64,000 nucleotides of DNA from positions 5,381-69,380 of the forward strand of contig QHUZ01000040.1 of the NCBI GenBank assembly GCA_003223395.1. The letters are read 5' to 3'. This DNA comes from Gemmatimonadota bacterium. Its GTDB lineage: Bacteria; Gemmatimonadota; Gemmatimonadetes; Gemmatimonadales; GWC2-71-9. The translations under genes were made by a program, and so were the position numbers. Shown piece after piece: positions 35,512 to 44,058 of this stretch (within the stretch, counting starts at the first letter, position 1; every line of letters begins with the position of its first letter). The notes under the pieces were generated by a model. That model did not search any database. It was not told where the DNA came from and saw nothing but the letters and a program-made list of their open reading frames with translations.

Positions 35512-35937
35512 CTAGAAGCGAACGTAGACCGGCTGACCGCTCTCCACAGTCAGGTCAGCCGCGCGCTGGAAGGCGTCGATCACCTGCGCCTCAGTCGGAT
35601 TGGCGCCGACCTTGATTTCGGGCGCACCCGGAATTGCGGACCGCCCGCCCGACGCGCACGTGGCCTTGATACTCATCGGCGAGAAGATGCCACCCGTGAG
35701 ACCGCCGACGAGCATGTTCAGGAACGAGTGCTTCGTTTCAACCTTGGAGACGCCACCGGGGCACTGTGCCATGGTCGACACGGGCTTCGGCGGAACGAGG
35801 CCCCAGAGCCAGCCGGCTGCCCAGTCCTGCCGCACGACTGTGGTGCCGGCCGGTAGGCCGGTCTGAATCGTCGCGTGGTAACAGGCGGGAAGGGCGATCA
35901 ACAGCGAGAGAACGGTGAGCTTCGGCAAGCGGCACAT
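35512..35937 (-). CDS. Bor/Iss-family lipoprotein with a C-terminal extension
   Basis: 141 aa with lipobox LIALPAC. WLWGLVPPKPVSTMAQCPGGVSKVETKHSFLNMLVGGLTGGIFSPMSIKATC aligns by eye with lambda Bor FFVSGIGQKKTVDAAKICGGAENVVKTETQQTFVNGLLGFITLGIYTPLEARVYC. Confidence 0.7.
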   Translation of the reverse strand: MCRLPKLTVLSLLIALPACYHATIQTGLPAGTTVVRQDWAAGWLWGLVPPKPVSTMAQCPGGVSKVETKHSFLNMLVGGLTGGIFSPMSIKATCASGGRSAIPGAPEIKVGANPTEAQVIDAFQRAADLTVESGQPVYVRF

Positions 35938-36051
35938 GGATATCTCCTGACCGGCGGGGGAGGACGGTGAGGAAGCGACGGCAGCGATAGGCGGGCCCGC
36001 CGGCGAGTGAACATGAGGACGCTCGGGCGCATCCGCCAGCAGCCTGTTTCA

Positions 36052-38049
36052 CTACGTGGGCTCCGCTCCAATCAGCACCCGGTACGCGGCTTTGATCTGC
36101 GGCGGCTGTCCCACCACGACGAGTATATCACCGGCGTCCAACTGGAAATCCGCGCTGGGTGTCGCCAGGTCGCTCTCCCCGCGCCGCACAGCCAGAATCA
36201 GCGCGCCGGTTTTCGAGCGGAGTCCTGTGTCGGCGATGGTCTGACCCACCACCGGGGCACTCGGGCCAATGATGATCCGCTCGACGTGCATCTGCGGCAT
36301 GGCCCCGAGCGTCCCGCTGAGTGTGAGCCGGGGTCGGGCGCCGGGGCGCAGCGCCTGGTAGTGCGACGCCCGGATCTCGCTCACGAGCCGCTCGATCTCG
36401 TCGCGCGGGACGTTGTAGTGCGCCAGTACCCGGGAGAAGATCTCGATCGAGGTCTCGAACTCTTCCGGGATCACGACGTTCGCGCCGAGGCGCGTGAGCT
36501 CCGGGATCTCGATCACGTATCGCGTGCGCGCGATGATATAGACCTTGGGATTGAGCTCGCGCGCCACGCGCACCATGCGGCGTGTGGCCGACGGATCGGA
36601 AATCGCGATGACAAACAGTCGGGCGCGCTCGAGGCCCAACGCGCGCAGTATCTCTTCGCGCGTCGCGTCGCCGTAGAACGCCGGCTCGCCTTCCGAGCGT
36701 GCCTTGCGCACGGTCTGCGCGTTCAGCTCGACGATGAGATAGGGCGCGCTGATCGAGCGCAGCGCGGCCGTGAGGTTGCGGCCGTTGAGACCGTACCCCG
36801 CAACAATGACGTGGTCCTTGATTTGCTCGTGCACCGGAGCGAGGTCGCGGGGTCGGAAGCCGGGCAGCAGCCGGTCGAGCGGGAGGACTTTCTCGAGCGC
36901 GTCGAGGATCGTCGGACCGCCCTGCAGCAGGAACGGTGTCACCAGCATCGTGATTACCGCGACGCCGAGGAATTGTTGATACAGGAGGTTCGGCAGCAGC
37001 CCCGCGACCCGCCCCTCTTTCGCGAGCACGAACGAGAATTCGCCGATCTGCGACACCGCGACGCCCGCGAGTAACGCGACGCGGCCGGAATATCCGAGCA
37101 ACGCGGGGCCCACTGCGGCGGCGAGCGTCTTGCCGACCATGATGATCACGACGGCGACGAGCGTGAGGACGATGTGGTCGCGGATGACATCGAGTTGGAC
37201 GAGCATGCCGACCGCGACGAAGAACAGCGAGATGAAGATGTCGCGGAACGGCATCAGCTCGGCGAGCGCCTGGTGGCCGTAATCGGATTCCGAGATGATG
37301 AGACCGGCGAGAAAGGCGCCGAGCGCGAGCGACGCCCCGGCCGCGGCGGTGCCGAGGGCGGTGAGCGTGCCGATGAGGATCACCGCGATGAGAAACAGCT
37401 CGCGGCTCCGTGTCTTGAGGATCTCCGCCAGTGCGCGCGGCACGATGGTCCGTGCCGCGATGATCACGCCGACCACCACGAGCGCGGCCTTGGCGAGGGC
37501 GATCAGGAGCCCGGTTGCGCCGCCTTCCGCCTTCCCGGCGAGGAAGGGGAGCACGAGCATGATCGGCACCACGCACAGGTCCTGGAAGATCAGGACTGCC
37601 GTCGCCAGGCGGCCGTGGGGCGTGTCGATCTCGCCCTTGTCGGTCATCACCTTGAGCACGATGGCGGTGCTGGACAGCGCGATCAGGAATCCGAGGAACA
37701 ACGCCACACGCCAGGCCCCCAGAAACGCGAGTCCCGCCGCCAGCGTCGCCAGAATGGTGAAGCCCATCTGTGAGAACCCGCCCACCAGGATCTGGCGGCC
37801 CATTTCCTTGAGCCGGCTCAGCGAGAATTCGATCCCGATCGTGAACAACAGGAGGATGACGCCGACTTCGGCGAGTCCTTCGACGTCCTTGGCATCGGAC
37901 ACGAATCCCAGCGCGTTCGGGCCGAGCAAAATGCCGGCGACGATGAAGCCGGGCAGCGCGGGCAGCTTGAGCCGGTAGAAAACGAGAATGACCAGCAGCG
38001 AGCCGGCAAAGATGACGGCGAGGTCGCGTAGGATATGGAGCTGCTCCAC
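36052..38049 (-). CDS. CPA2-family cation:proton antiporter with TrkA-N/TrkA-C (RCK) domains (KefB/KefC-like)
   Basis: 665 aa with a GTG start; an in-frame TAG sits two codons upstream of it. Na_H exchanger TMs (GFIVAGILLGP), a Rossmann motif VIVAGYGLNGR, and a C-terminal TrkA-C domain. Confidence 0.88.
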   Translation of the reverse strand: MEQLHILRDLAVIFAGSLLVILVFYRLKLPALPGFIVAGILLGPNALGFVSDAKDVEGLAEVGVILLLFTIGIEFSLSRLKEMGRQILVGGFSQMGFTILATLAAGLAFLGAWRVALFLGFLIALSSTAIVLKVMTDKGEIDTPHGRLATAVLIFQDLCVVPIMLVLPFLAGKAEGGATGLLIALAKAALVVVGVIIAARTIVPRALAEILKTRSRELFLIAVILIGTLTALGTAAAGASLALGAFLAGLIISESDYGHQALAELMPFRDIFISLFFVAVGMLVQLDVIRDHIVLTLVAVVIIMVGKTLAAAVGPALLGYSGRVALLAGVAVSQIGEFSFVLAKEGRVAGLLPNLLYQQFLGVAVITMLVTPFLLQGGPTILDALEKVLPLDRLLPGFRPRDLAPVHEQIKDHVIVAGYGLNGRNLTAALRSISAPYLIVELNAQTVRKARSEGEPAFYGDATREEILRALGLERARLFVIAISDPSATRRMVRVARELNPKVYIIARTRYVIEIPELTRLGANVVIPEEFETSIEIFSRVLAHYNVPRDEIERLVSEIRASHYQALRPGARPRLTLSGTLGAMPQMHVERIIIGPSAPVVGQTIADTGLRSKTGALILAVRRGESDLATPSADFQLDAGDILVVVGQPPQIKAAYRVLIGAEPT

Positions 38050-39006
38050 GGTGGCCTAAAGCTAGGAGGCCCGATAGCTTTGGCCACCGTGCGCGACTGG
38101 CTCCAGGACCGCCTCGGGCTGAGCCCCGCGGTACAGATGCACCTACTGATCACGGTCATCGTGATCGCGGGACTCTGGCTCATCGAGCGACTCGTCCTCG
38201 CGGTCGTCTACCGGCGCGTCACCGACCCGTGGACGCGCTACCGCTGGCGCAAGACGATCACCTACATCACCCTCGTTACCGGCGTCCTGGTGATCGGCCG
38301 GGAATGGCTCGAGGGTTTCAAGTCACTCGCCACATTCCTCGGCCTCGTCTCGGCCGGCATCGCCATCGCGCTCAAGGATCCGCTCACGAATCTCGCAGGG
38401 TGGGCGTTCATCGTGTGGCGGCGGCCGTTCGAGGTCGGTGATCGCATCGAGATCGCCACGCATAAAGGTGACGTCATCGACATTCGACTCTTCCAGTTCA
38501 CGCTGAATGAAATCGGCGTGTGGGTGGATGCCGATCAAAGCACCGGACGCATCGTACACATACCCAACCAGCAGGTGTTCACCGAGCCCGTTGCCAACTA
38601 CGACAAGGGTTTCAGGTACATCTGGAATGAAGTGCCGGTGCTTGTGACCTATGAGAGCAACTGGAAAAAGGCGAAGGAGATTCTGACCGCGATCGCGTTC
38701 AAGCACGCCGAGCATCTGACGGCGGAGGCGGAACGCGACCTGCTCGCGGCCTCGCAGCAGTTCTTGATCAACTACAAGAAGTTGACGCCGATCGTGTATA
38801 CCAGCTCGTCCGCCTCGGGCATTGTGCTGACGATTCGCTACTTGATCGAGCCGCGCCGCCGCCGCGGCACCGTTTCGGCGATTTGGGACGACATCCTGAC
38901 GGAGTTCGGCAAGGCCAAAGACATCGATCTCGCCTACCACACCGTGCGGTCGTTCAGCAATCCCATCGAAGGAAAGATCGTCGGCTCACCCGACGCGCAG
39001 GGCTGA
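38035..39006 (+). CDS. MscS-family mechanosensitive channel
   Basis: 323 aa. The pore-helix/beta-domain region is GIAIALKDPLTNLAGWAFIVWRRPFEVGDRIEI...GDVIDIRLFQFTL. The start is uncertain: ATG 38035 overlaps the divergent kefB-like start, and GTG 38089 is the alternative. Confidence 0.8.
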   Translation: MELLHGGLKLGGPIALATVRDWLQDRLGLSPAVQMHLLITVIVIAGLWLIERLVLAVVYRRVTDPWTRYRWRKTITYITLVTGVLVIGREWLEGFKSLATFLGLVSAGIAIALKDPLTNLAGWAFIVWRRPFEVGDRIEIATHKGDVIDIRLFQFTLNEIGVWVDADQSTGRIVHIPNQQVFTEPVANYDKGFRYIWNEVPVLVTYESNWKKAKEILTAIAFKHAEHLTAEAERDLLAASQQFLINYKKLTPIVYTSSSASGIVLTIRYLIEPRRRRGTVSAIWDDILTEFGKAKDIDLAYHTVRSFSNPIEGKIVGSPDAQG

Positions 39007-40374
39007 GCCGGTCTCGACGACGGCGCGCACCAGTTGATCGAAATCGTCGCGGCGGCTGCGATGGTTCGTGATGGCGACCCGAATCGCGAACTTGCCGGTG
39101 AGCATTGTCTGGGACGGAATCGCCACTCCGCTTTCCTGGATGCGGAGCAAAATCTCCTTGTTCAACGCGTTCAATGCGGCATCGTCTGCGCCCGGCACGA
39201 CAAAGCGGAAGCACACCACGTTGAGCGGCGCGGGCGCGAGCAGCTCGAGCCGCGGGTGTTTCGTCACGAGGCCCGCCAGGTAGTGCGCCTGGCGCACGTT
39301 CTGGTGGATCAACTGGCTGAACGCGTCCAGCCCATGCGCCTTGAATGACATCCACACCTTGAGGGCGCGGAACCCGCGCGAGAGCTGAACCCCTCGCTCG
39401 GCGAAGGGAAACCCGCCCGCTGCGATGCCGCGATCGAACGACGCGAGGTAGGCGGGAGTCACGTTGAACGTGGCGCGATGCGCCTGCTGATCGCGCACGA
39501 GCGTGCATCCCACCTCGTACGGCATGTAGAGCCATTTGTGCAGATCGAATGCGAGCGAATCGGCCTGCTCGAGCCCCGCGACCAGCGGGCGAAGCTCCGG
39601 CACGAGCGCCGCGAGCGCGCCAAACGCACCATCGACGTGGAACCAGAGGTTTTCCGCGCGGCTCACCGCAGCCAGGGCATGGAGATCGTCGGTCGCTCCC
39701 GTGTTCACCGTTCCCGCGTTGCCGACGATGCAGATCGGTCGCAGGCCTTTGGCCTTGTCGGCGGCGATGGTGGCGCGCAGCGCCTGCACGTCGATCGTGT
39801 AATCGGCAGTGACCGGAATGGAGCGAAGCGCGTCGTGACCGAGCCCCAACAGCTCGACTGCTTTCCGCACGGAGGAATGCGTCTCGGTTGAGGCGTAGAC
39901 CGTGAGTTTCGGTCCGGCATGCAGGCCGCCTTCGCGAATGTCGAACCCGGCGCGCGCATTGCGCGCGACGGCGAGCCCCACGAAGTTCGCCATCGAGCCG
40001 CCGGAGACGAGCAGCCCATGCGTCTCGGCGGGAAGCCCCAACAACTCGACCAGCCAGCCGATCACCTGATTCTCGACGACCGCGGGCGCGTCGTCGAACT
40101 CGGCGACCTGCGGGTTCATCCCGGAGGCGAGCATATCCGCCAGCATCGCGAACGGCGTCCCGGTCCCGATCACCCAGCCCCAGAAACGGGGATGGATGTT
40201 GCCGGTCGGGTAGGGGAGCACGTCGCGCTTGAATTCTTCGTAGACGTCCGCGGGATCCGCCGGGCTGCGGGGGGGCGGAGCGCCGGAGAGCCGTTTGCGC
40301 ACGTCGGCGGGCACGGGACGCCACACCGGGCGCTCCCGCACCGTACGCAGGTACTCGAGCATCTCGTCCACCAT
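38986..40374 (-). CDS. Group II PLP-dependent decarboxylase (aromatic-L-amino-acid/tyrosine decarboxylase-like)
   Basis: Track ORF 38986..40683. PLP-lysine context SLAFDLHKWLYMPYEVG, plus SGGSMANFVGL. ATG 40374 is the minimal start. The family-like segment DWEALRQLGHRMVD lies upstream of it, so the true start may be ATG 40521 (92-nt overlap with the ABM gene) or non-canonical. Confidence 0.85.
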   Translation of the reverse strand: MVDEMLEYLRTVRERPVWRPVPADVRKRLSGAPPPRSPADPADVYEEFKRDVLPYPTGNIHPRFWGWVIGTGTPFAMLADMLASGMNPQVAEFDDAPAVVENQVIGWLVELLGLPAETHGLLVSGGSMANFVGLAVARNARAGFDIREGGLHAGPKLTVYASTETHSSVRKAVELLGLGHDALRSIPVTADYTIDVQALRATIAADKAKGLRPICIVGNAGTVNTGATDDLHALAAVSRAENLWFHVDGAFGALAALVPELRPLVAGLEQADSLAFDLHKWLYMPYEVGCTLVRDQQAHRATFNVTPAYLASFDRGIAAGGFPFAERGVQLSRGFRALKVWMSFKAHGLDAFSQLIHQNVRQAHYLAGLVTKHPRLELLAPAPLNVVCFRFVVPGADDAALNALNKEILLRIQESGVAIPSQTMLTGKFAIRVAITNHRSRRDDFDQLVRAVVETGSALRVG

Positions 40375-40429
40375 GCGGTGACCGAGCTGGCGCAGCGCCT
40401 CCCAGTCCCGCGCGCTCTGGGGGTCGAGG

Positions 40430-40771
40430 CTAAGCTCCGGCGAGGACCTCGTAGTGGTCGACGAAGGGCTCGAGCTCGACGAGGAAGTCGCGGTCTTCCG
40501 GGTAGTAGTGGGCTTTCTCATAGTCCTCTCCGGCGAAGCGCCGGATCGCGTCGAATGAATCCCACAACGAAATGAACGTGAATTCGGCGCGATCTTGCTT
40601 GATGCGCCGCAACACATAGACGCCGCGATTGCCGGGCGTCGCGCGGCACTCTCGCGCGCCGGTGCGCTCGAGGTAGGCTGCATACGCTTCAGCGCGGGCG
40701 GCGTCGGTCACGCCATGCCAGATGCGGGCGATCAGTTTAGAGCCGGTCGAGCTTGGGGACCGTGCGTTCAT
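40430..40771 (-). CDS. ABM (antibiotic biosynthesis monooxygenase)/Dabb-fold protein
   Basis: 113 aa. IARIWHGVT...YLERTG...VYVLRR...AEFTFISLWDSFDAIRRFAG is a ferredoxin-like ABM pattern. The start overlaps the cupin stop by 35 nt. Confidence 0.6.
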   Translation of the reverse strand: MNARSPSSTGSKLIARIWHGVTDAARAEAYAAYLERTGARECRATPGNRGVYVLRRIKQDRAEFTFISLWDSFDAIRRFAGEDYEKAHYYPEDRDFLVELEPFVDHYEVLAGA

Positions 40772-41102
40772 TGCGGACGTTTCCCGTGTTCAGGGTCGAA
40801 TGGGGCTCGAACAGGAGGACGTGCGTCTCTTCGTCTGCAACCGGCAGATGCTCCACGCCGTGCGGGATGATGACGAACTCGCCCGGCTCGATCACGAGCT
40901 CCTTGTCTCTGAGCTTCATCCGCAACCGGCCCTTCACCACGAGGAACAGCTCGTCTTCATGTTCGTGATGGTGCCAGACGAACTCACCTTTGAGCTTCGT
41001 GAGCTTCACGTGATTGTCATTCACTTCGCCCACGATCTTGGGACTCCACTGATCCTGAAACCGGCCGAACATCTCGGTGAGATTGACTTTGCGGACGTTC
41101 AT
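40737..41102 (-). CDS. Cupin-domain protein
   Basis: 121 aa. Cupin motifs are WHHHEHEDELFLVVKG and GEFVIIPHGVEH. Confidence 0.8.
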   Translation of the reverse strand: MNVRKVNLTEMFGRFQDQWSPKIVGEVNDNHVKLTKLKGEFVWHHHEHEDELFLVVKGRLRMKLRDKELVIEPGEFVIIPHGVEHLPVADEETHVLLFEPHSTLNTGNVRNERTVPKLDRL

Positions 41103-41668
41103 GAGGCGCGCTCCAGGACGGTTTTCGTATCGACGACGGTGGAGAATTCGCCGTTCAGATCCGCGAGGGCAACGTCGTGCACCAGCTCGGATCCGTAGCG
41201 TTTCCCATTCGGCCCGATGTTGTCGAATGTCGCGGTCGCGTCGGACACGACGTAGGTGTCAAAGCCGAGGTTGCCCGCCATCCGTGCGGTTGTCGAGACG
41301 CACATGTTCGTCTGCATGCCGACCACCACGAGCGTCGTGAGGCCACGGCGCCGCAAATCCGCTTCGAGACTCGTGCCGATGAACGCGCTGCTGACCGATT
41401 TCTGCACCACCGGTTCACCGGGCAGGGGGCGGACTTCGTCTTTGATCTCGACACCCGGCTGGCCCGGCCGCAGTGGAGACTTGGGCTCCGTGGAGAGGTG
41501 CTGGACGTGGATGATCGGTCGGCCCGACTTGCGCCACGCCGCCTGCAGCCGCGCGATGTTCTGCTCGAGATCCGGATTGTTGCGATTGTACTCGGCCGCG
41601 TAGATGTCCATCCCTTTTTGGACGTCGACGACCAAGAGCACCGCATCACGGGGAAGGGGCGGGGTCAT
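41099..41668 (-). CDS. Isochorismatase-family cysteine hydrolase
   Basis: 189 aa. AVLLVVDVQKG; catalytic Cys context VVVGMQTNMCVSTTAR. ATGA overlaps at both ends. Confidence 0.85.
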   Translation of the reverse strand: MTPPLPRDAVLLVVDVQKGMDIYAAEYNRNNPDLEQNIARLQAAWRKSGRPIIHVQHLSTEPKSPLRPGQPGVEIKDEVRPLPGEPVVQKSVSSAFIGTSLEADLRRRGLTTLVVVGMQTNMCVSTTARMAGNLGFDTYVVSDATATFDNIGPNGKRYGSELVHDVALADLNGEFSTVVDTKTVLERAS

Positions 41669-42660
41669 GTGCTAGCCTCGGGCTCGGGGCTGGACGGTCC
41701 GACGGCCGCACGGCCGGACGGTCCCAGATCACCGGTTTCAGTCGGCCGTCTGGCCGTCAGGCCGTCCGACCGTCGCTGTTTAAGCGAGAACTGAATCCAC
41801 ACAACAGCTACCAGAATCATCCCCATCGCAATGAAAGTCCGGGGACCGACCGGTTCGTGCAGCAGCAGCCAGCCGAGCAGCACCGCGATGACGGGGTTCA
41901 CGTAGGCATAGGTCCCGACGATCGTCGCCGAGGCGTGGCGCAGCGCGTACGAATACGCGCTGTAGCCGAGAATCGAGCCAAAGATCACGAGGTACGCGAT
42001 GGCGCCGATGCCGCGCGGGCTCAGTTGCCACGCCGCCCATTCGCCGAGGACCGTGCCGATGAGCGCGACGGCGGCGCCCCCGACGATCATTTGGATCGCC
42101 GCACCCATGTAGGGGCTGGCCTCGGTCGGATGACGCTTCGCGTACACGGTGCCGAGCGACCATGAGGCGCTGGCCATCGTGAGGGCGATCGGTCCGCGCT
42201 TATCCGCCGCGAGAATCTCGGCGGGCGTGGCGCCGACCAGCAGGAGCGTTCCCAGGAAGCCGAGCAGCAGCCCGGCGACCACGCGCCAATTCAGGTCGCT
42301 CGAGCCGCCCGGAATGATCGCGTCGAACAGCGCGGTCCACATCGCGACCGTGACGACGAAGATGCTGGCGATGCCGGAGCCGATGTATTGCTCCGACCAC
42401 ACGACGAACGCGTTGCCGCCGGCGAGGAGCAACAGGCCCACGATGGCGAGCGTCCGCCAGTCACTGCGCTTGGGGAGCGGATCGCCGAGCGCGCGCGCGA
42501 TGATGAGCAGCAGCACGCCCGCGACCGCAAAGCGAAGACCGGCGAACAGGAACGGCGGTAGCTCGGTGACGCCGATTTTGATCGCGAGATAGGTCGAGCC
42601 CCAGAAGACGCAGACGACCAGATAGGCAATGAGCGCTTTGCCTTTGAGCGCCGCCCCCAT
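41665..42660 (-). CDS. DMT-superfamily (EamA) transporter
   Basis: 331 aa with ten predicted TMs in two EamA repeats (VFWGSTYLAIKIG... / ...ALRHASATIVGTYAYVNPV). The start ATG shares a base with the lrp stop. Confidence 0.85.
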   Translation of the reverse strand: MGAALKGKALIAYLVVCVFWGSTYLAIKIGVTELPPFLFAGLRFAVAGVLLLIIARALGDPLPKRSDWRTLAIVGLLLLAGGNAFVVWSEQYIGSGIASIFVVTVAMWTALFDAIIPGGSSDLNWRVVAGLLLGFLGTLLLVGATPAEILAADKRGPIALTMASASWSLGTVYAKRHPTEASPYMGAAIQMIVGGAAVALIGTVLGEWAAWQLSPRGIGAIAYLVIFGSILGYSAYSYALRHASATIVGTYAYVNPVIAVLLGWLLLHEPVGPRTFIAMGMILVAVVWIQFSLKQRRSDGLTARRPTETGDLGPSGRAAVGPSSPEPEAST

Positions 42661-43139
42661 CAGTCGGGCTCCGTGGGAATGAAGCCCGGCTTTTCGAACA
42701 GGGTGGACAGCACGATCGTCGTGCGGGTGTTCATCTGCGAGTTCGGCCCGCGCAGATCACGCAGGATTTCCTGCACGCCTTCGAGATCGGGCGCCACCAC
42801 CTTGAGGATGTAGCAGTCGTCGCCGGCAATGTGGTGGCACTCGAGCACGCCGGGATGTTTTTCCATCTCGCGCATCCGTGGCTCGTCGCCGACGTAGTCG
42901 CTCGAACCGTATCGGACCGCCACGAACGCCGTCACCGGCAGGCCGACTTTGGCGCGGTCGAGCTGCACGCGATAGCCGCGGATGTATCCTGCCTCTTCGA
43001 GTCGCTTGACGCGCTCCATGATGGCGGGCCGCGAGAGGCCGACTTCATCGGCGACCGCCTGGTAGCTCGCGCGGCCATCCTGACCGAGAATGCGCAGAAT
43101 CCGTCGGTCGGTGGCGTCGAGCTCGGTCTTTGCGGGCAT
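42660..43139 (-). CDS. Lrp/AsnC-family transcriptional regulator
   Basis: 159 aa. HTH DRRILRILGQDGRASYQAVADEVGLSRPAIMERVKRLEEAGYI, followed by an AsnC-type ligand-binding domain. Confidence 0.9.
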   Translation of the reverse strand: MPAKTELDATDRRILRILGQDGRASYQAVADEVGLSRPAIMERVKRLEEAGYIRGYRVQLDRAKVGLPVTAFVAVRYGSSDYVGDEPRMREMEKHPGVLECHHIAGDDCYILKVVAPDLEGVQEILRDLRGPNSQMNTRTTIVLSTLFEKPGFIPTEPD

Positions 43140-43266
43140 TTGGGAGGCTCTTGAGTTTTTTTGAGAACGCTTCGTAAGTCTAATAGGTTTCTCCCCTACG
43201 GAATATCCGTTTTAGACCTTCAAACTGTCCTTTGATTAGGACAAGGGCGGGCGTACTATTCCAGCG
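43140..43266. promoter_or_regulatory. AT-rich divergent promoter/operator region between the lrp operon and larE
   Basis: Its G+C is markedly lower than the flanks. It contains T-runs and the small palindrome GTCCTTTGATTAGGAC. No motif could be assigned with confidence. Confidence 0.3.
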
Positions 43267-44058
43267 ATGCAGTCCCTCCGCGCCCTCGTTCGCGAGTTTC
43301 CCTCGGTCCTGCTTGGCTATTCGGGGGGAGTCGATTCAGCGCTCCTCGCTGTGGTGCTGCGCCAGGAACTGGGGAGCGATCGGATGCTGGCCGCCATCGG
43401 TCGCAGCGCCTCGTACCCGGACGCACAGTGGCAGGTGGCTCGCGATGTCGCTGCCCGGTTCGATATCCCGCTCGTCGAAATCCAGACGCATGAGCTCGAG
43501 GACGAGAATTATCTCGCCAACCCCACGAACCGCTGCTTCTACTGCAAGACAGAACTCTGGCACCAGCTCGTGCCGCTCGCGCGCGAGCGTGGGCTCGCGG
43601 TCGTGTGCGACGGGACGAACGCCGACGATCTGCGGGAACACCGGCCGGGCAAGGCAGCCGGCATCGCGGCCGGTGTGCGATCGCCGCTGGCGGAAGCGGG
43701 ACTCACGAAAGCGGAGATCCGCGCCACTTCGCGCGAGCTCGGGCTGCCGACGTGGGATGCCCCAGCGGCGCCTTGCCTGTCGAGTCGCGTCCAGTACGGA
43801 CTCTCCATTACGCCGTCGCGGTTGAAACAGGTGGAACAAGGCGAGGCGTATCTCCGTCGGTTGGGCATCGGTGGAGATCTGCGGGTTCGCCATCTTGGCG
43901 TTGCCGCGCGCATTGAAGTCGAGCCGACCTGGATTCCGTGGCTCGAAGCGCGGCGCGAAGAAGTCAGCACCCATCTCTCGGGTTTGGGATTCGCGCACGT
44001 CGAAATCGACCCGCGCGGCTATCGACGGGGGAGCCTGTTAGAGCGTTCGTCGCCCTGA
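43267..44058 (+). CDS. larE: PP-loop ATP-utilising enzyme, LarE-like sulfur transferase (TIGR00268 family)
   Basis: 263 aa. PP-loop GYSGGVDSALL, CFYCK, and Cys context APCLSSRV. Confidence 0.75.
   Translation: MQSLRALVREFPSVLLGYSGGVDSALLAVVLRQELGSDRMLAAIGRSASYPDAQWQVARDVAARFDIPLVEIQTHELEDENYLANPTNRCFYCKTELWHQLVPLARERGLAVVCDGTNADDLREHRPGKAAGIAAGVRSPLAEAGLTKAEIRATSRELGLPTWDAPAAPCLSSRVQYGLSITPSRLKQVEQGEAYLRRLGIGGDLRVRHLGVAARIEVEPTWIPWLEARREEVSTHLSGLGFAHVEIDPRGYRRGSLLERSSP

Noticed and set aside
35443-36051. The idea that the Bor-like gene next to comM marks a prophage or genomic island, since comM is a known island insertion site in some bacteria.
   Set aside because: comM is intact. No integrase, phage structural genes or flanking direct repeats are visible, and the neighbours are housekeeping genes.
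40430-40521. The Ser/Thr-rich N-terminal extension of the decarboxylase (MRKPTTTRKTATSSSSSSPSSTTTRSS...) as a real low-complexity domain.
   Set aside because: It is simply the alternative frame of the ABM gene's 3' end. I kept it only as a possible start-site alternative, not as a domain.
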